DNA of 64,000 bases from Minisyncoccota bacterium (GTDB lineage Bacteria; Patescibacteriota; Minisyncoccia; Phycocordibacterales; CAIZLB01), in assembly GCA_021734945.1 (NCBI GenBank), contig JAIPIA010000002.1:194829-258828 (forward strand), in the 5' to 3' direction. The translations under genes were made by a program, and so were the position numbers. Position 1 is the first letter of the stretch. Every line of letters begins with the position of its first letter. Of the stretch, positions 28,667 to 38,676 are shown piece after piece. Below the pieces are notes generated by a model, which was not told where the DNA came from, made no database searches, and worked only from the letters and a program-made list of their open reading frames with translations.

Positions 28667-29485
28667 TTATTCTAGTGCTCCCAAAAACACTTTTTTAAAT
28701 ATTCCGCTATCTACTATATCTTGTCCTTTCCCTTCTGCCACAACCTTTCCCTTATCAAGTACATAAGCTCGATCTACAATTGGTAAAAGAGATTTTAGAT
28801 TATGTTCAACGACGACTATTGCCATACCTTTTTTCTGATTGATTTCGTGAATTTTTTCAAAAACTTCTTGTACTACTTTTGGAGCAAGCCCGAGTGATGG
28901 TTCGTCGAGAAGAAGTATTCGAGGGTCTGTTATGAGACCTCGTGCAATAGCAACCATTTGTTGTTGTCCACCAGAAAGCTCTCGTGACTTTTGCTTGAGT
29001 TTAGAACGCAATGCAGGAAAAAGACCAAGAACCTCTTCGACTCGTTCTTTTAGAACACTTTTATCTTTGAGTGTGATACCACCAATTTCCAAATTTTCTT
29101 TTACAGTCAAATTTCCAAATACACGCTTCCCTTGTGGAACAAGGGTAATACCCATAGGCACCATATGATGAGGCTGACGTAATTCCTCACTGATTTTATT
29201 TTGTCGCCAATAAACACCGCTATCAGTATTACCGTTATTTTTGCGATTAAGATTTTCTAAACTTTTTTCTAAATTTTCATGATGTTCACTCGAGACAATA
29301 GGAGCAAGACCAAAAATTGCTTTAAGGATAGTAGACTTACCAGCGCCATTTGGACCCATAAGAGCAACAACCTCACCCTCTTTGAAATGAACATTCACGG
29401 AATCTAGAGCCTTTACTCCGCCATAGGTAACACTCACATTTTTGAGCTCGATGAGAGTTTCACTTTCGTTAGAACTTTTAGTCAT
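28667..29485 (-). CDS. livF: Branched-chain amino acid ABC transporter ATP-binding protein LivF-like, with a ~30-aa insertion after Walker A
   Basis: GPNGAGKST, LSGGQQQMVAIARGL, LLLDEPSLGLAP. Extra segment SSEHHENLEKSLENLNRKNNGNTDSG. Confidence 0.65.
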   Translation of the reverse strand: MTKSSNESETLIELKNVSVTYGGVKALDSVNVHFKEGEVVALMGPNGAGKSTILKAIFGLAPIVSSEHHENLEKSLENLNRKNNGNTDSGVYWRQNKISEELRQPHHMVPMGITLVPQGKRVFGNLTVKENLEIGGITLKDKSVLKERVEEVLGLFPALRSKLKQKSRELSGGQQQMVAIARGLITDPRILLLDEPSLGLAPKVVQEVFEKIHEINQKKGMAIVVVEHNLKSLLPIVDRAYVLDKGKVVAEGKGQDIVDSGIFKKVFLGALE

Positions 29486-29582
29486 ATAGATTTAATACCC
29501 TAAGTATACAATAAAAGATACTCTATCCCATGGCACCTGTACAAAACATCACCTCAGAGTATACTTCGATTCTAGATACCCT

Positions 29583-30251
29583 ATGGTATTCCCTTGTCAG
29601 AAAATCAGCTCACATCCACCCTTCAGTCACCCCCCCCACATCAACTCAGTACCTAATAGTCCTATGACAACAATCACACTCACCCCCGAACAGGTTTCAT
29701 TAAACCTGTTCTATTTCGGCATTACGTTCCTCCTTCTCGGCTCAATCGCCCGCAGGTGGGCTGAACTCAAGAAGGTCAGATTCGGCGTCATGCAAGTACC
29801 TCCCATTGACGGAAGACACGGCAAGCTTGAAAAAGCTCTCATGTATCCACTCAAAATAATTGGCTATGTCCTCGCAGTAAGCGCGATTTGGGTCCATGTG
29901 TCGTACACCCCTATTACGTACGGACTTCTCATCTCTTACGTCCTAGTCATCTGTGTCTACGTTGGAATACCATTCTGCTTTAAACCGGACAAAGACTTTT
30001 CGGTCAAAGACAATTGGCAAATTCAAAGAGAAAGATTGATTGCTGCAAGAGGAATGTACGCAATCACAATTCTTTTTGTTCCAACTTCGATTTTTGGGAA
30101 TTGGTGTTTCGGAAGCTTTGTACTCCTCTCTGTTTTTTTGTATGAGGTATTCGTTTTCTCAAACAAAGAACAAAAAAACTGGGAGGAATACGCCGATTTC
30201 GACATCGATCACTCAGAAGAGATTCCTCGGCCAACACCATCGACAGAGTGA
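29583..30251 (+). CDS. Polytopic membrane protein on GC-rich islet 2; N-terminal region contains a poly-C (8-9 nt) tract
   Basis: ORF-track frame encodes ...SHPPH... across the C-run. An alternative start MTTITLTPEQ lies just downstream. Four or five TM helices. GC well above the flanks. Confidence 0.4.
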   Translation: MVFPCQKISSHPPFSHPPHINSVPNSPMTTITLTPEQVSLNLFYFGITFLLLGSIARRWAELKKVRFGVMQVPPIDGRHGKLEKALMYPLKIIGYVLAVSAIWVHVSYTPITYGLLISYVLVICVYVGIPFCFKPDKDFSVKDNWQIQRERLIAARGMYAITILFVPTSIFGNWCFGSFVLLSVFLYEVFVFSNKEQKNWEEYADFDIDHSEEIPRPTPSTE

Positions 30252-30265
30252 CCCCCGTCTGTCTG

Positions 30266-30302
30266 CTTCGCGCCGCCCTACTCCAAGGGCGGCGCTTTTT
30301 TT
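30266..30302 (+). terminator. GC-rich rho-independent terminator of islet 2
   Basis: GCGCCGCCCtactccaaGGGCGGCGC followed by tttttttc. Confidence 0.6.
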
Positions 30303-30319
30303 CTTAGACTGAGTACAAA

Positions 30320-30637
30320 TTAAATAACAACAGCAGTACCACTCACATTCACCATCAACATCCCTCCATGTGAGCCAACAGTTTCATAATCGAGATCAAC
30401 ACCAACGACAGCGTTTGCACCAAGAGCTGCAGCATTTTGCATAATTTCTGCAAGCGCTGCTTCACGAGCTTTTTTCAATTCACCTTCATACATTCCAGAA
30501 CGTCCACCAAAGAAGTCAGTGAATCCTGCAAATATGTCTTTTACAACATTTGCACCCATAATAACCTCTCCTGTTACAAGACCTTTATATTCTTTGATTG
30601 GCTTACCCTCAATAGTATTTGTTGTTGTGATTATCAT
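30320..30637 (-). CDS. YbjQ/UPF0145 (DUF74) family protein
   Basis: [48 protein letters not shown]...[13 protein letters not shown]. The ORF-track 5' extension was discarded. Confidence 0.6.
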   Translation of the reverse strand: MIITTTNTIEGKPIKEYKGLVTGEVIMGANVVKDIFAGFTDFFGGRSGMYEGELKKAREAALAEIMQNAAALGANAVVGVDLDYETVGSHGGMLMVNVSGTAVVI

Positions 30638-30756
30638 ATTTTCATTATACCAATATATGAGCACTCTATAAATAGTAATGACATCAATCAAGAAAACGCT
30701 GACAGAGTTACCTGTCAGCGTCGAATTTATCACTTCTATATTACTTATATTTTGGT

Positions 30757-31683
30757 TTACCGATGTCGCTCGATCCATTGAACAATTTCCTTCACCCTAC
30801 TTTCGTGAGCAAGTATCTCTATGTAATCTTTCTGCACGACCTTCAAAGGAAGCTGCGGATTGAATTCATGGATTTCAAGGGTTTGAGGATTCAGCTTGAG
30901 ATGTTTGATTCCCAAAGCTTTATTCATACCGATGATTGGAGTGTTGTCCCAAGGAGTATCGAAACCATTTGGTCGTATGACCAACATACCGATTTCACCT
31001 TTCCACAGACGAGCGACCGTGATGCCAATACTACCGCTTGTAACCTCCATGTCTTTAAACACTCCTCCTTTCTTTTTACGAACCATCTTCCGTAAGACGG
31101 CTGGATAATCGTCAGGGGGATTCGTAAGAAGTACATACATCTCACCCAATGGAGTTTTGGTGTCAGGCTGAAGCAAACTCTTCACTCCAAAACGAGTACG
31201 TGTCGGAGGAAGTCCTTGTGCAAATTGGTATATCTCACCTGTGTTAACGTCCCCGATGCATACTGCGTCAACCTTACCTTTATTAACATGTGCGAGCATA
31301 GTACCCACACCAGTCGACTGTCTCCGGCCAAAAGCTCTTGTTCCATCGATTGGATCGTCAGTAAAGTAATCGCCGAGAGCAAAGCCTTTTTTAGGTTTAA
31401 GCATCAAAGCCTTTTCTTCACCAATGAGACCTACATTTGGATTCCACTTTAGAATCTCATTAACATGGTACTTCTGGACCTTGAGATCGCCACTTGTTAC
31501 CAAGTCAGCATCCACACCATTGTAGTGCAACTTAACAATCCGACTGAAATGAGCAGCTTCTTTTTGTGCAATCTTTATTGCTTTAGTGACAATTCGAAGC
31601 ATGAACTCATCAAGTTTTTCCTTCTGAACGTGAGTCCGAGGAATCCTTATATTTTTGCTTGCCTTTATATTGTGTCTTTTCAT
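30757..31683 (-). CDS. Inositol monophosphatase / FBPase-family (IMPase-like) protein
   Basis: DPIDGT metal-binding motif ([12 protein letters not shown]). LIGEEKA. Start set at internal Met MKRHNIK. Confidence 0.55.
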   Translation of the reverse strand: MKRHNIKASKNIRIPRTHVQKEKLDEFMLRIVTKAIKIAQKEAAHFSRIVKLHYNGVDADLVTSGDLKVQKYHVNEILKWNPNVGLIGEEKALMLKPKKGFALGDYFTDDPIDGTRAFGRRQSTGVGTMLAHVNKGKVDAVCIGDVNTGEIYQFAQGLPPTRTRFGVKSLLQPDTKTPLGEMYVLLTNPPDDYPAVLRKMVRKKKGGVFKDMEVTSGSIGITVARLWKGEIGMLVIRPNGFDTPWDNTPIIGMNKALGIKHLKLNPQTLEIHEFNPQLPLKVVQKDYIEILAHESRVKEIVQWIERHR

Positions 31684-31896
31684 GGTATTTCTCTTTCCTT
31701 TTTGTTGTTTTGTACTGATCTGACTACAGTATGTTCGGAAAAAGTCATGTACGCTGAAAAAACACTCACTTATGTACACTTAATTTTGGAATAACCATTT
31801 AAAGCTTGTTTTATATTGTTTTTTTAGATAATATAAGTGTACAAAAATTAGTACAGTTTAATTAAAAATAAGTAAATATATACTAATAATAATTTC

Positions 31897-32625
31897 ATGA
31901 AAAAAACTAACGGTACTTCTACATTTTTAAAACAACTAGGTCTGACTGACGCAGAAATAAAAGTTTATACTTCTCTCTTAAGCATAGAAGAGTCATTAAT
32001 TGTAGATATTACGAAGACGACAGACCTGTACCGACCAGCAGTATACAAAGCAATCGAAGGTTTAAAAGAAAAAGGCTTGATAAGGATTTCATCAAAAGGA
32101 AAAAGACAAACTTACACAGCAGAGGCGCCAGATAGATTAGAAATACTTTTTAAAAACTTTGAGCAAACTTTTTTTAATAATATTGAGGACTTACATCAAA
32201 CATATGAGACAAGTAAAACAAAGCTAAATGTGTCTATGGCTGAAGGTGAAGATGCTATTACAGACGCATATAGTGATGTTATTCATTCGCTTAATAAAGG
32301 TGAGACTTACTATAGATATAGTTCTCTACATAATTTCCTAAAGAAAAAATATATTCCAAAAGATTATGAATATCTTAGAGATAAAAAAGGACTTGAGAGA
32401 TTAATAATAACTGGCAAGAAGACACCACACCAAAAACTTTTAGGGAGAAGTATTAAAATTATTCCGCCTGAATTTGATTTATTTCAAGATGAAATCAATG
32501 TAATTTTATACAAAGATAAAGTAGCGATTATTGACTACCCCTCAAAAACAACTATGACAATCAAGCATGCAAAATTTGCAGAATTTCAAAAGAAATTATT
32601 TAAACTGCTTTATTCAAAATTATAA
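31897..32625 (+). CDS. TrmB-family wHTH transcriptional regulator (paralog 2)
   Basis: LKQLGLTDAEIKVYTSLLSIEESLIVDITKTTDLYRPAVYKAIEGLKEKGLIRI. Confidence 0.6.
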   Translation: MKKTNGTSTFLKQLGLTDAEIKVYTSLLSIEESLIVDITKTTDLYRPAVYKAIEGLKEKGLIRISSKGKRQTYTAEAPDRLEILFKNFEQTFFNNIEDLHQTYETSKTKLNVSMAEGEDAITDAYSDVIHSLNKGETYYRYSSLHNFLKKKYIPKDYEYLRDKKGLERLIITGKKTPHQKLLGRSIKIIPPEFDLFQDEINVILYKDKVAIIDYPSKTTMTIKHAKFAEFQKKLFKLLYSKL

Positions 32626-32640
32626 TCTTTCCCTTAAAAT

Positions 32641-33443
32641 CTACTCCCCCAAATAAGCCTCTACCACATCATGTCGAGCTAGGACCTCATGAACAGGACC
32701 CTCTGCAAGTAATTCCCCACTATCCATCACAATAACTCTATCTGAAAGTTCTCGTATCAAATCCATATTATGTTCAATTAAAACAATAGTTGCACCCTCT
32801 CTTCGTAATTCTTTCATTATCTCAGATACGAGTTTAACCATTTCAGGGAAAAGTCCAGCATACGGTTCATCAAAAAATATTATCTGTGCTTTACCAATTT
32901 CTCGCATAGCGAGTACGCGTGCAATCTCCAAAAGCTTACGTTGACCATATGAAAGATTCACCGCTAACTTATCACGAAATTGCCAAATACCAACTCGATG
33001 CAGAACCTTCTCGGCGATAGCCAAGGATATCCTCTATGTTTCTCGAAAATCCCCTTAAACCAACCTCGACATGTTGTAACGACAAGAATATTATCGAGCA
33101 CTGTCATTTGTTCAAATAAACGCACCTCTTGAAACGTTCGTGTAATTCCATAGACAGGCATGTCACTTGCATTCACTCGCTTTAATCCAACCTTGCCAGC
33201 TACCACTATTTCGCCAGATGTTACGGGAATAAGACCTGTCAGGACATTCACCAATGTAGATTTTCCTGAACCATTTGGACCAATAACACCAGTAATTTTC
33301 CCCTCCTCAAAATGAATAGATAGATCGTGAATTGCCCTCACAGTTTCAAACTGTTTTGTTAATGTGTGCGTTTTGAGGGCTGGAGTTGTTGTTTCTGTAG
33401 TAGTCATGTAGTTTCGCTGATATAGTATATCAAATAAAGCCAT
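32641..33443 (-). pseudogene. livG: Frameshifted LivG-like ABC ATPase
   Basis: Walker A/Q-loop part (GPNGSGKST...TFQEVRLF...DNILVV) lies in ORF 32964..33443. Signature/Walker B/H-loop part (LSYGQRKLLEIARVL...FFDEPYAGL...LIEHNM) lies in ORF 32641..33024. The two overlap in different frames. Confidence 0.55.
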
Positions 33444-33725
33444 GTCAAAACCAACTCATAAAAAGATAACCCGCAGTCATACAAGCGCCATTGGAAAAGC
33501 CGAGGAGGTTGTTGCTCTTATACAAAAGATACCTGCTGTGACAAAAATATCACTGGGCATCATCAAGCATATAGGTGTCGGTAAACCAACTGTAAAATTC
33601 CATGTAATTACAGGTGGATGCAAAGCAGTCATACGTGGAAATATTTCTATTCAAGAGATATTTGTCTACACAAAAGAAGTTGAGTTTGTGCAGAATAAGA
33701 TTAAGGGTTGTTTTAAGTAATGAAA

Positions 33726-34898
33726 CTACTTAACAATCTCAAACTTTGAACCCCTTACCTCCTTCACATATATAGGTACCTCCTTACTTAGATCACCATT
33801 CTGATCAAAACCAAAGTAACCCGTAAGTGTAACTGAAGCAGTATCCCCTTTCAAAACACATTCTTTCAATCCTTCTCCTATTTTAGAAGAGCAAGTTTTA
33901 TAATTATTTGATAGTTTATTTATCAAATCATATGCATAAGCACCGTATTGTTGAGGCTCACGACCATTAAACTTAGCCTTATATTCTTTACAGTATTGTT
34001 CAGTAGCACTATTTGATTCACATGAAAATGGAACTGCGGTAACCACAACTCCCTCATTTACGCCTTTAGTAATTTTCAAAAATTCATCACTATCTATACC
34101 TGAAAAACCAGCAACTAAACCTTTAAAGCCTAGTTCTCGAATACTTTTAATAACAGGACCTGCTGTTTTATCTACCCCCAGAACATAAATACTATCTGGT
34201 TTCGAGCTCAAAACTTTTGTCACAATTGTATTATATTCAACATCTTTTTTATAACCTTCTGTGTCAACGACCACTCCTCCACGAGAGGTAAAGTCTTCTG
34301 CAAATTGTTTTGTACCTGTAGTTAAAGTATCACTGCCAGAATCATATATGACTGCGACTTTATTTAGTTTTTCACCGTACATTGATGATCTAGACGCAAG
34401 AAATTCACTCATACGAGTTACCTCCCGTGTAATAGAAGGTTGTAGTGTAAGCGCAAAATCATCCTTACCCATCAACATAGGAGTAGCTGAGATAGCAAAA
34501 AATGGCACTTTAGATCTTTCTGAGACCGCAGACATTGCTATATTCACAGTGCTTCCTGGACCTGTAATAACAGCTTGTACCTTTTTATTTTGGATTAAAT
34601 TTTGAATTGCAGATATTCCCTTTTGTGGTTCACTAGCAGAATCTTCAATCCAAATACTTACAGAGTTGCCAACTTTTTCTTGGGCAAGTGCAATAGCGTT
34701 TTGTATGTCCTCACTTATTCCAGCAAAATTTCCAGTAATAGGAAGAACTACACCGATTTTTATTTGATTTGGATTAATCTGACTGCTGATTTGGTTATTA
34801 TGTTTGAAGTCACCTACTTCATAAATTCCCCATACCAGTACAAGCAGTGCGAGCGAAACATATATTGTTTTTTTATACATAGACATATTTAGAAACAT
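33726..34898 (-). CDS. LivJ/LivK-family periplasmic substrate-binding protein (Peripla_BP_6)
   Basis: Membrane anchor followed by IKIGVVLPITGNFAGISEDIQNAIALAQEKVG, typical of branched-chain amino acid/amide SBPs. Confidence 0.65.
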   Translation of the reverse strand: MFLNMSMYKKTIYVSLALLVLVWGIYEVGDFKHNNQISSQINPNQIKIGVVLPITGNFAGISEDIQNAIALAQEKVGNSVSIWIEDSASEPQKGISAIQNLIQNKKVQAVITGPGSTVNIAMSAVSERSKVPFFAISATPMLMGKDDFALTLQPSITREVTRMSEFLASRSSMYGEKLNKVAVIYDSGSDTLTTGTKQFAEDFTSRGGVVVDTEGYKKDVEYNTIVTKVLSSKPDSIYVLGVDKTAGPVIKSIRELGFKGLVAGFSGIDSDEFLKITKGVNEGVVVTAVPFSCESNSATEQYCKEYKAKFNGREPQQYGAYAYDLINKLSNNYKTCSSKIGEGLKECVLKGDTASVTLTGYFGFDQNGDLSKEVPIYVKEVRGSKFEIVK

Positions 34899-35087
34899 TT
34901 AATTAATTTTTAATCGAATTAGCAGAATTCCAATAGTCTAGTCTTATAAGCGTCTATAAGCCATACTTTTAGTTATATATGTATAGTAATTGCAAAATAT
35001 CCTTATTTGTATTAGTATTAAGCCTGTATAAATAACGCCGTAAAAGTCGGCATATATGTAAATTAAGTCTCAAATTAACTAAATCAT

Positions 35088-35849
35088 ATGTCTACACATC
35101 AACATAATCCCCTTCAGTCTTTGATTCAGTACGGCCTAACAGAGCGACAAGCCAAGGTATATATGGTCTGTCTAGAGTTTGGTGTTGCTTCAATCCAGCA
35201 GATCAGCAAGCGGCTACAGGTCGCACGGAGTTCATGTGAGGCTACACTTGGACAGCTCCAAGCAAAAGGCTTTATATCTGTTCACAAAAATAAGACAGTT
35301 AGAAAATATTCACCAGAAGATCCAAAACACGTACTCAAAAGTGCTGAGCAGAAGGTAAAGGCACTGTCCTCCTCCCTTCCTGATCTCACTGGTATATTTT
35401 TAAAAAATCGAACAATACCATCAGTTCGAATGTATGAAGGTAAAAATGGATTATGGTCAGTACTCGAAGAAATACTATCCGAGGCTAAAATTTTGTATGG
35501 ATTTGGTTCAGCAGATGCATTATTTGATACTATCGGTGAAACATTTCCAGAGTTTCGAAGACAGCGTATCCAAAAGAAAATATTAATTAAAATTATTTTA
35601 AAGGATAGTGTAAAAGCAAGACAACGACAAGAAGCTGGACCAAGTGAACTTCGAGACGTACGTATTATTAAGGATACAGGTAATTTTGCTAGTCTTATGT
35701 TTATGTGGAATTCTAAGATTGCTTCCTTTTCACTTGGAGACGAAATTGTAGCTGTAATAATTGAGAGTAAGGAAATCGCAGAGGGACAAATGGCTATGTT
35801 CAACTTTACATGGAATGGTTTGCCCGCGCATAGAGCTACGAATGTGTAA
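35088..35849 (+). CDS. TrmB-family wHTH transcriptional regulator (paralog 3)
   Basis: LIQYGLTERQAKVYMVCLEFGVASIQQISKRLQVARSSCEATLGQLQAKGFISV. Confidence 0.6.
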   Translation: MSTHQHNPLQSLIQYGLTERQAKVYMVCLEFGVASIQQISKRLQVARSSCEATLGQLQAKGFISVHKNKTVRKYSPEDPKHVLKSAEQKVKALSSSLPDLTGIFLKNRTIPSVRMYEGKNGLWSVLEEILSEAKILYGFGSADALFDTIGETFPEFRRQRIQKKILIKIILKDSVKARQRQEAGPSELRDVRIIKDTGNFASLMFMWNSKIASFSLGDEIVAVIIESKEIAEGQMAMFNFTWNGLPAHRATNV

Positions 35850-35923
35850 CCACACATTTTAAACGTGCGGGGAATTTTTAATATAAATTTCCCATCAATT
35901 TTTTATAAAATTCCCAAGATTCT

Positions 35924-36790
35924 CTAAAGCTTAAACTCCCCCAACATACCCTGTGGTCTATAAAGCATAAGAGCAATTAGAAGTCCGCCATACACAACCT
36001 GTCTCATTTGCGCAGCTATATCTGTTGGAAAACCAACGAACCGAAGAATTTCTGGCAAAAGGATAAGGAATAAGGCACCTAGAACAGCACCACGAACATT
36101 TGAAAGTCCTCCAAGAATAATCATTGCAAGTATAAAGATTGATTCGTTGAGTGTGAACGTAGATGGATCAATAAAAGTAATGTATGAAGCAAAGAGTGAA
36201 CCACCAATAGCTGCCATTCCTGCAGAAATAACAAAGATGACCAACTTGTACGTTTTTGTATTGTAACCAAATACACTTATAGCTTTTTCATCTTCACGAA
36301 TAGCTTTGAGGACACGACCAAACGATGAATTCACTATAAATCGGGCGATTCCATATACAATAAGCATCATTACAATAGCTAGAACTAAAAATTGTAGAGT
36401 AGATGAGAATGTATATCCAAAGATTTCAGGCTTCCCTATTCCTGGTATACCAAGAGGACCACGAGTTAAATCCTGCCAATTTAAAAATATACTGAAGACA
36501 ATAATGTTGAATCCGAATGATACCAATGCATAATAGTCATCTTTAAATCGTGCAAGTACGAAACCAATGAGAAGGGCGCATAGCATTGATACGACTATGC
36601 CTACCAGTACCGAAGTAAAAAAATTGAAACCATATACAGTCATAAGGATAGCTGTTGCATATGCACCGAAGCCATAAAATGCTGCGTGAGTTACAGAGAG
36701 GAGTCCTGTATAACCAACTACGAGATCAAGCGAGATAGCTAGACCAGCGTAGATAGTGAAGAGTACAGCGAGGTGATAAAGGTATTCCAT
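35924..36790 (-). CDS. livM: Branched-chain amino acid ABC transporter permease LivM-like
   Basis: GYTGLLSVTHAAFYGFGAYATAIL and the C-terminal conserved loop. Confidence 0.7.
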   Translation of the reverse strand: MEYLYHLAVLFTIYAGLAISLDLVVGYTGLLSVTHAAFYGFGAYATAILMTVYGFNFFTSVLVGIVVSMLCALLIGFVLARFKDDYYALVSFGFNIIVFSIFLNWQDLTRGPLGIPGIGKPEIFGYTFSSTLQFLVLAIVMMLIVYGIARFIVNSSFGRVLKAIREDEKAISVFGYNTKTYKLVIFVISAGMAAIGGSLFASYITFIDPSTFTLNESIFILAMIILGGLSNVRGAVLGALFLILLPEILRFVGFPTDIAAQMRQVVYGGLLIALMLYRPQGMLGEFKL

Positions 36791-36955
36791 GAGATTTTAT
36801 ACTCTTATATTATGCCGTAAATATGTATTTTGTGAAAGTTTGACAGACAATCAGTTTTAGATAAAATATAGATACTTTTGGGATTTCCCACGACCCCGCT
36901 CGAGAGAGCGGGGATAATTTTTTCTAAAGGCCTAGTAGGATTTGTAATTTTCTCT

Positions 36956-37324
36956 TTAATTGTATGAATATTTTTCGTCAATTTCACCATGTTTGTTAAC
37001 TAACCTTCGATAGTCGAACATTCTTATTTGCGAAAGATTGGCGGTAATGAACTTATTTTTATATAAGAATGAATAAAACCAAGTCCCCTCTTTAAACTTA
37101 GTAGTAAAAGGTATTCCGATAAACACTGTAGCGCTAAGTTTCTTTAATACAAGTATAGGTCTTGCAAACAAATCACCCTTACCATTAATTTCTACTCCAA
37201 TATTTTTGCCAACGCTACACCACCAAATTTCGCATTCTTTTAAAAAAGGAGGTTTATTATCCCTTGAATCAATTTGTTTTTTCTTTTCACTCCACTCTAA
37301 AAACGTATTCTCCACATCTCTCAT
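36956..37324 (-). CDS. MazF/PemK-like toxin-fold protein (orphan; paralog 1)
   Basis: CEIWWCSVGKNIGVEINGKGDLFARPILVLKKLSATVFIGIPFTT parallels MazF GDLIWVDFDPTKGSEQAGHRPAVVLS...CVPCTT. Confidence 0.45.
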   Translation of the reverse strand: MRDVENTFLEWSEKKKQIDSRDNKPPFLKECEIWWCSVGKNIGVEINGKGDLFARPILVLKKLSATVFIGIPFTTKFKEGTWFYSFLYKNKFITANLSQIRMFDYRRLVNKHGEIDEKYSYN

Positions 37325-37389
37325 GTTACTGAAAGGGAATAAAATACAGATAAATTAATTCTAAAAAAAATTAAAGGGTTCTAAATATA

Positions 37390-38526
37390 CTAAATACTCA
37401 CCAATTTACCTCCTCTCACCTCTTTCATCATAATTGCCGTACTACTTGAGACTACACCACCAATAGAATCAAACTTAATTGGACCGTATGTTTGCGTATC
37501 AAATTTTGTACTTAGCATATAAGCATTCAAGTCTTCGGCAGTATGAGGAGCGGGGTTATCTTTTAAATACTTTGCCAATACGTAAACAGTATCGTACGTA
37601 TTAATAGCACTAAACATAGGTTCTACACCAAATCTAGTTTTATACTTAGCAACAAAATCTGCTTTTGGATCTGAAGGTACATAGTATTTCGCTCCCTCAA
37701 CCCATTTTGCATCTACTTTTTTAGCTTGAATACTTTGTTCCAGAAATTCATCGGCAAATAGAGCAATATCCTTTTTAGTTAATTCATTCCATCTTTTTGG
37801 AAAATCTACTGAAAGCTTTTCATCATACGCACCAAAAAATACAGCATCAGGATTTGCACTTTGAACTTTAGAAATAACTGTTCTTACATCAGAACCGCTA
37901 TTCATAAACTCAGATCCAACAATTTTTATTCCCCTATTTTCAACCTCTTTTTTCAAAAATTGCACAAGGGTCGAATAATAAGAATCATTTTGAGTAACTA
38001 TATATAGTGTTTTTACACCAGATTTAATCATTTCATCTATTGTCACATTTGCTTTTGAAGATGTTCTGTACCAAAGTGAAAATACATTCTTATGGTTCTT
38101 GGGAATATTTACTGACTCAATTGCGGCATCTTGTGATATGAGTGGAATATTCTCTGACACAACAGACTCTGAACCCTGATATGAATCAAGCCACGTAATC
38201 ATTACAGCATTTACTTTATCTACATTTACAAGCTTTGACATCGCGTTCACAGAATCTTTAGAAGTACTCTTCATGTCTTCAATTACGATTTCAAGCTTCT
38301 TTCCATCAATACCACCTTTTGCATTTATCTCATCCTGAGCAAGTAAAATAGCGTTTCGTGAAGCCTCACCCCAGGCTGATGCATCGCCCGTAAGACCAAG
38401 TGCCGCACCAATTTTAAAAGAAGACACCGTTTGATTATTAGTATTTATACGGTACTTTTCGTTATATTTTGACAGCACCAACAATAAGCACACCAAAACA
38501 ATCAATGTAATAATTACTTTTTTCAT
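37390..38526 (-). CDS. LivJ-family periplasmic substrate-binding protein
   Basis: Signal anchor followed by FKIGAALGLTGDASAWGEASRNAILLAQDEINAKGGIDGKKLEIVIED. Confidence 0.65.
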   Translation of the reverse strand: MKKVIITLIVLVCLLLVLSKYNEKYRINTNNQTVSSFKIGAALGLTGDASAWGEASRNAILLAQDEINAKGGIDGKKLEIVIEDMKSTSKDSVNAMSKLVNVDKVNAVMITWLDSYQGSESVVSENIPLISQDAAIESVNIPKNHKNVFSLWYRTSSKANVTIDEMIKSGVKTLYIVTQNDSYYSTLVQFLKKEVENRGIKIVGSEFMNSGSDVRTVISKVQSANPDAVFFGAYDEKLSVDFPKRWNELTKKDIALFADEFLEQSIQAKKVDAKWVEGAKYYVPSDPKADFVAKYKTRFGVEPMFSAINTYDTVYVLAKYLKDNPAPHTAEDLNAYMLSTKFDTQTYGPIKFDSIGGVVSSSTAIMMKEVRGGKLVSI

Positions 38527-38676
38527 ATTGTATATTCTATACTTTTGAGGATTTTAGTAAACAGCTTGTCGGACCACCATAGGTCTCTCTGCCCTCACTA
38601 TCACAATTTTAATCAAATATAAAAGGCATATCCTACAAGGATATGCCTTTTATACCTTTTCACATGCAACTTTATA

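Noticed and set aside
33442-33720. 92-aa + strand ORF between livG and the SBP gene
   Set aside because: Antisense to the SBP-livG intergenic region, no recognisable motif, no promoter. Kept out of the feature list as probably non-coding.
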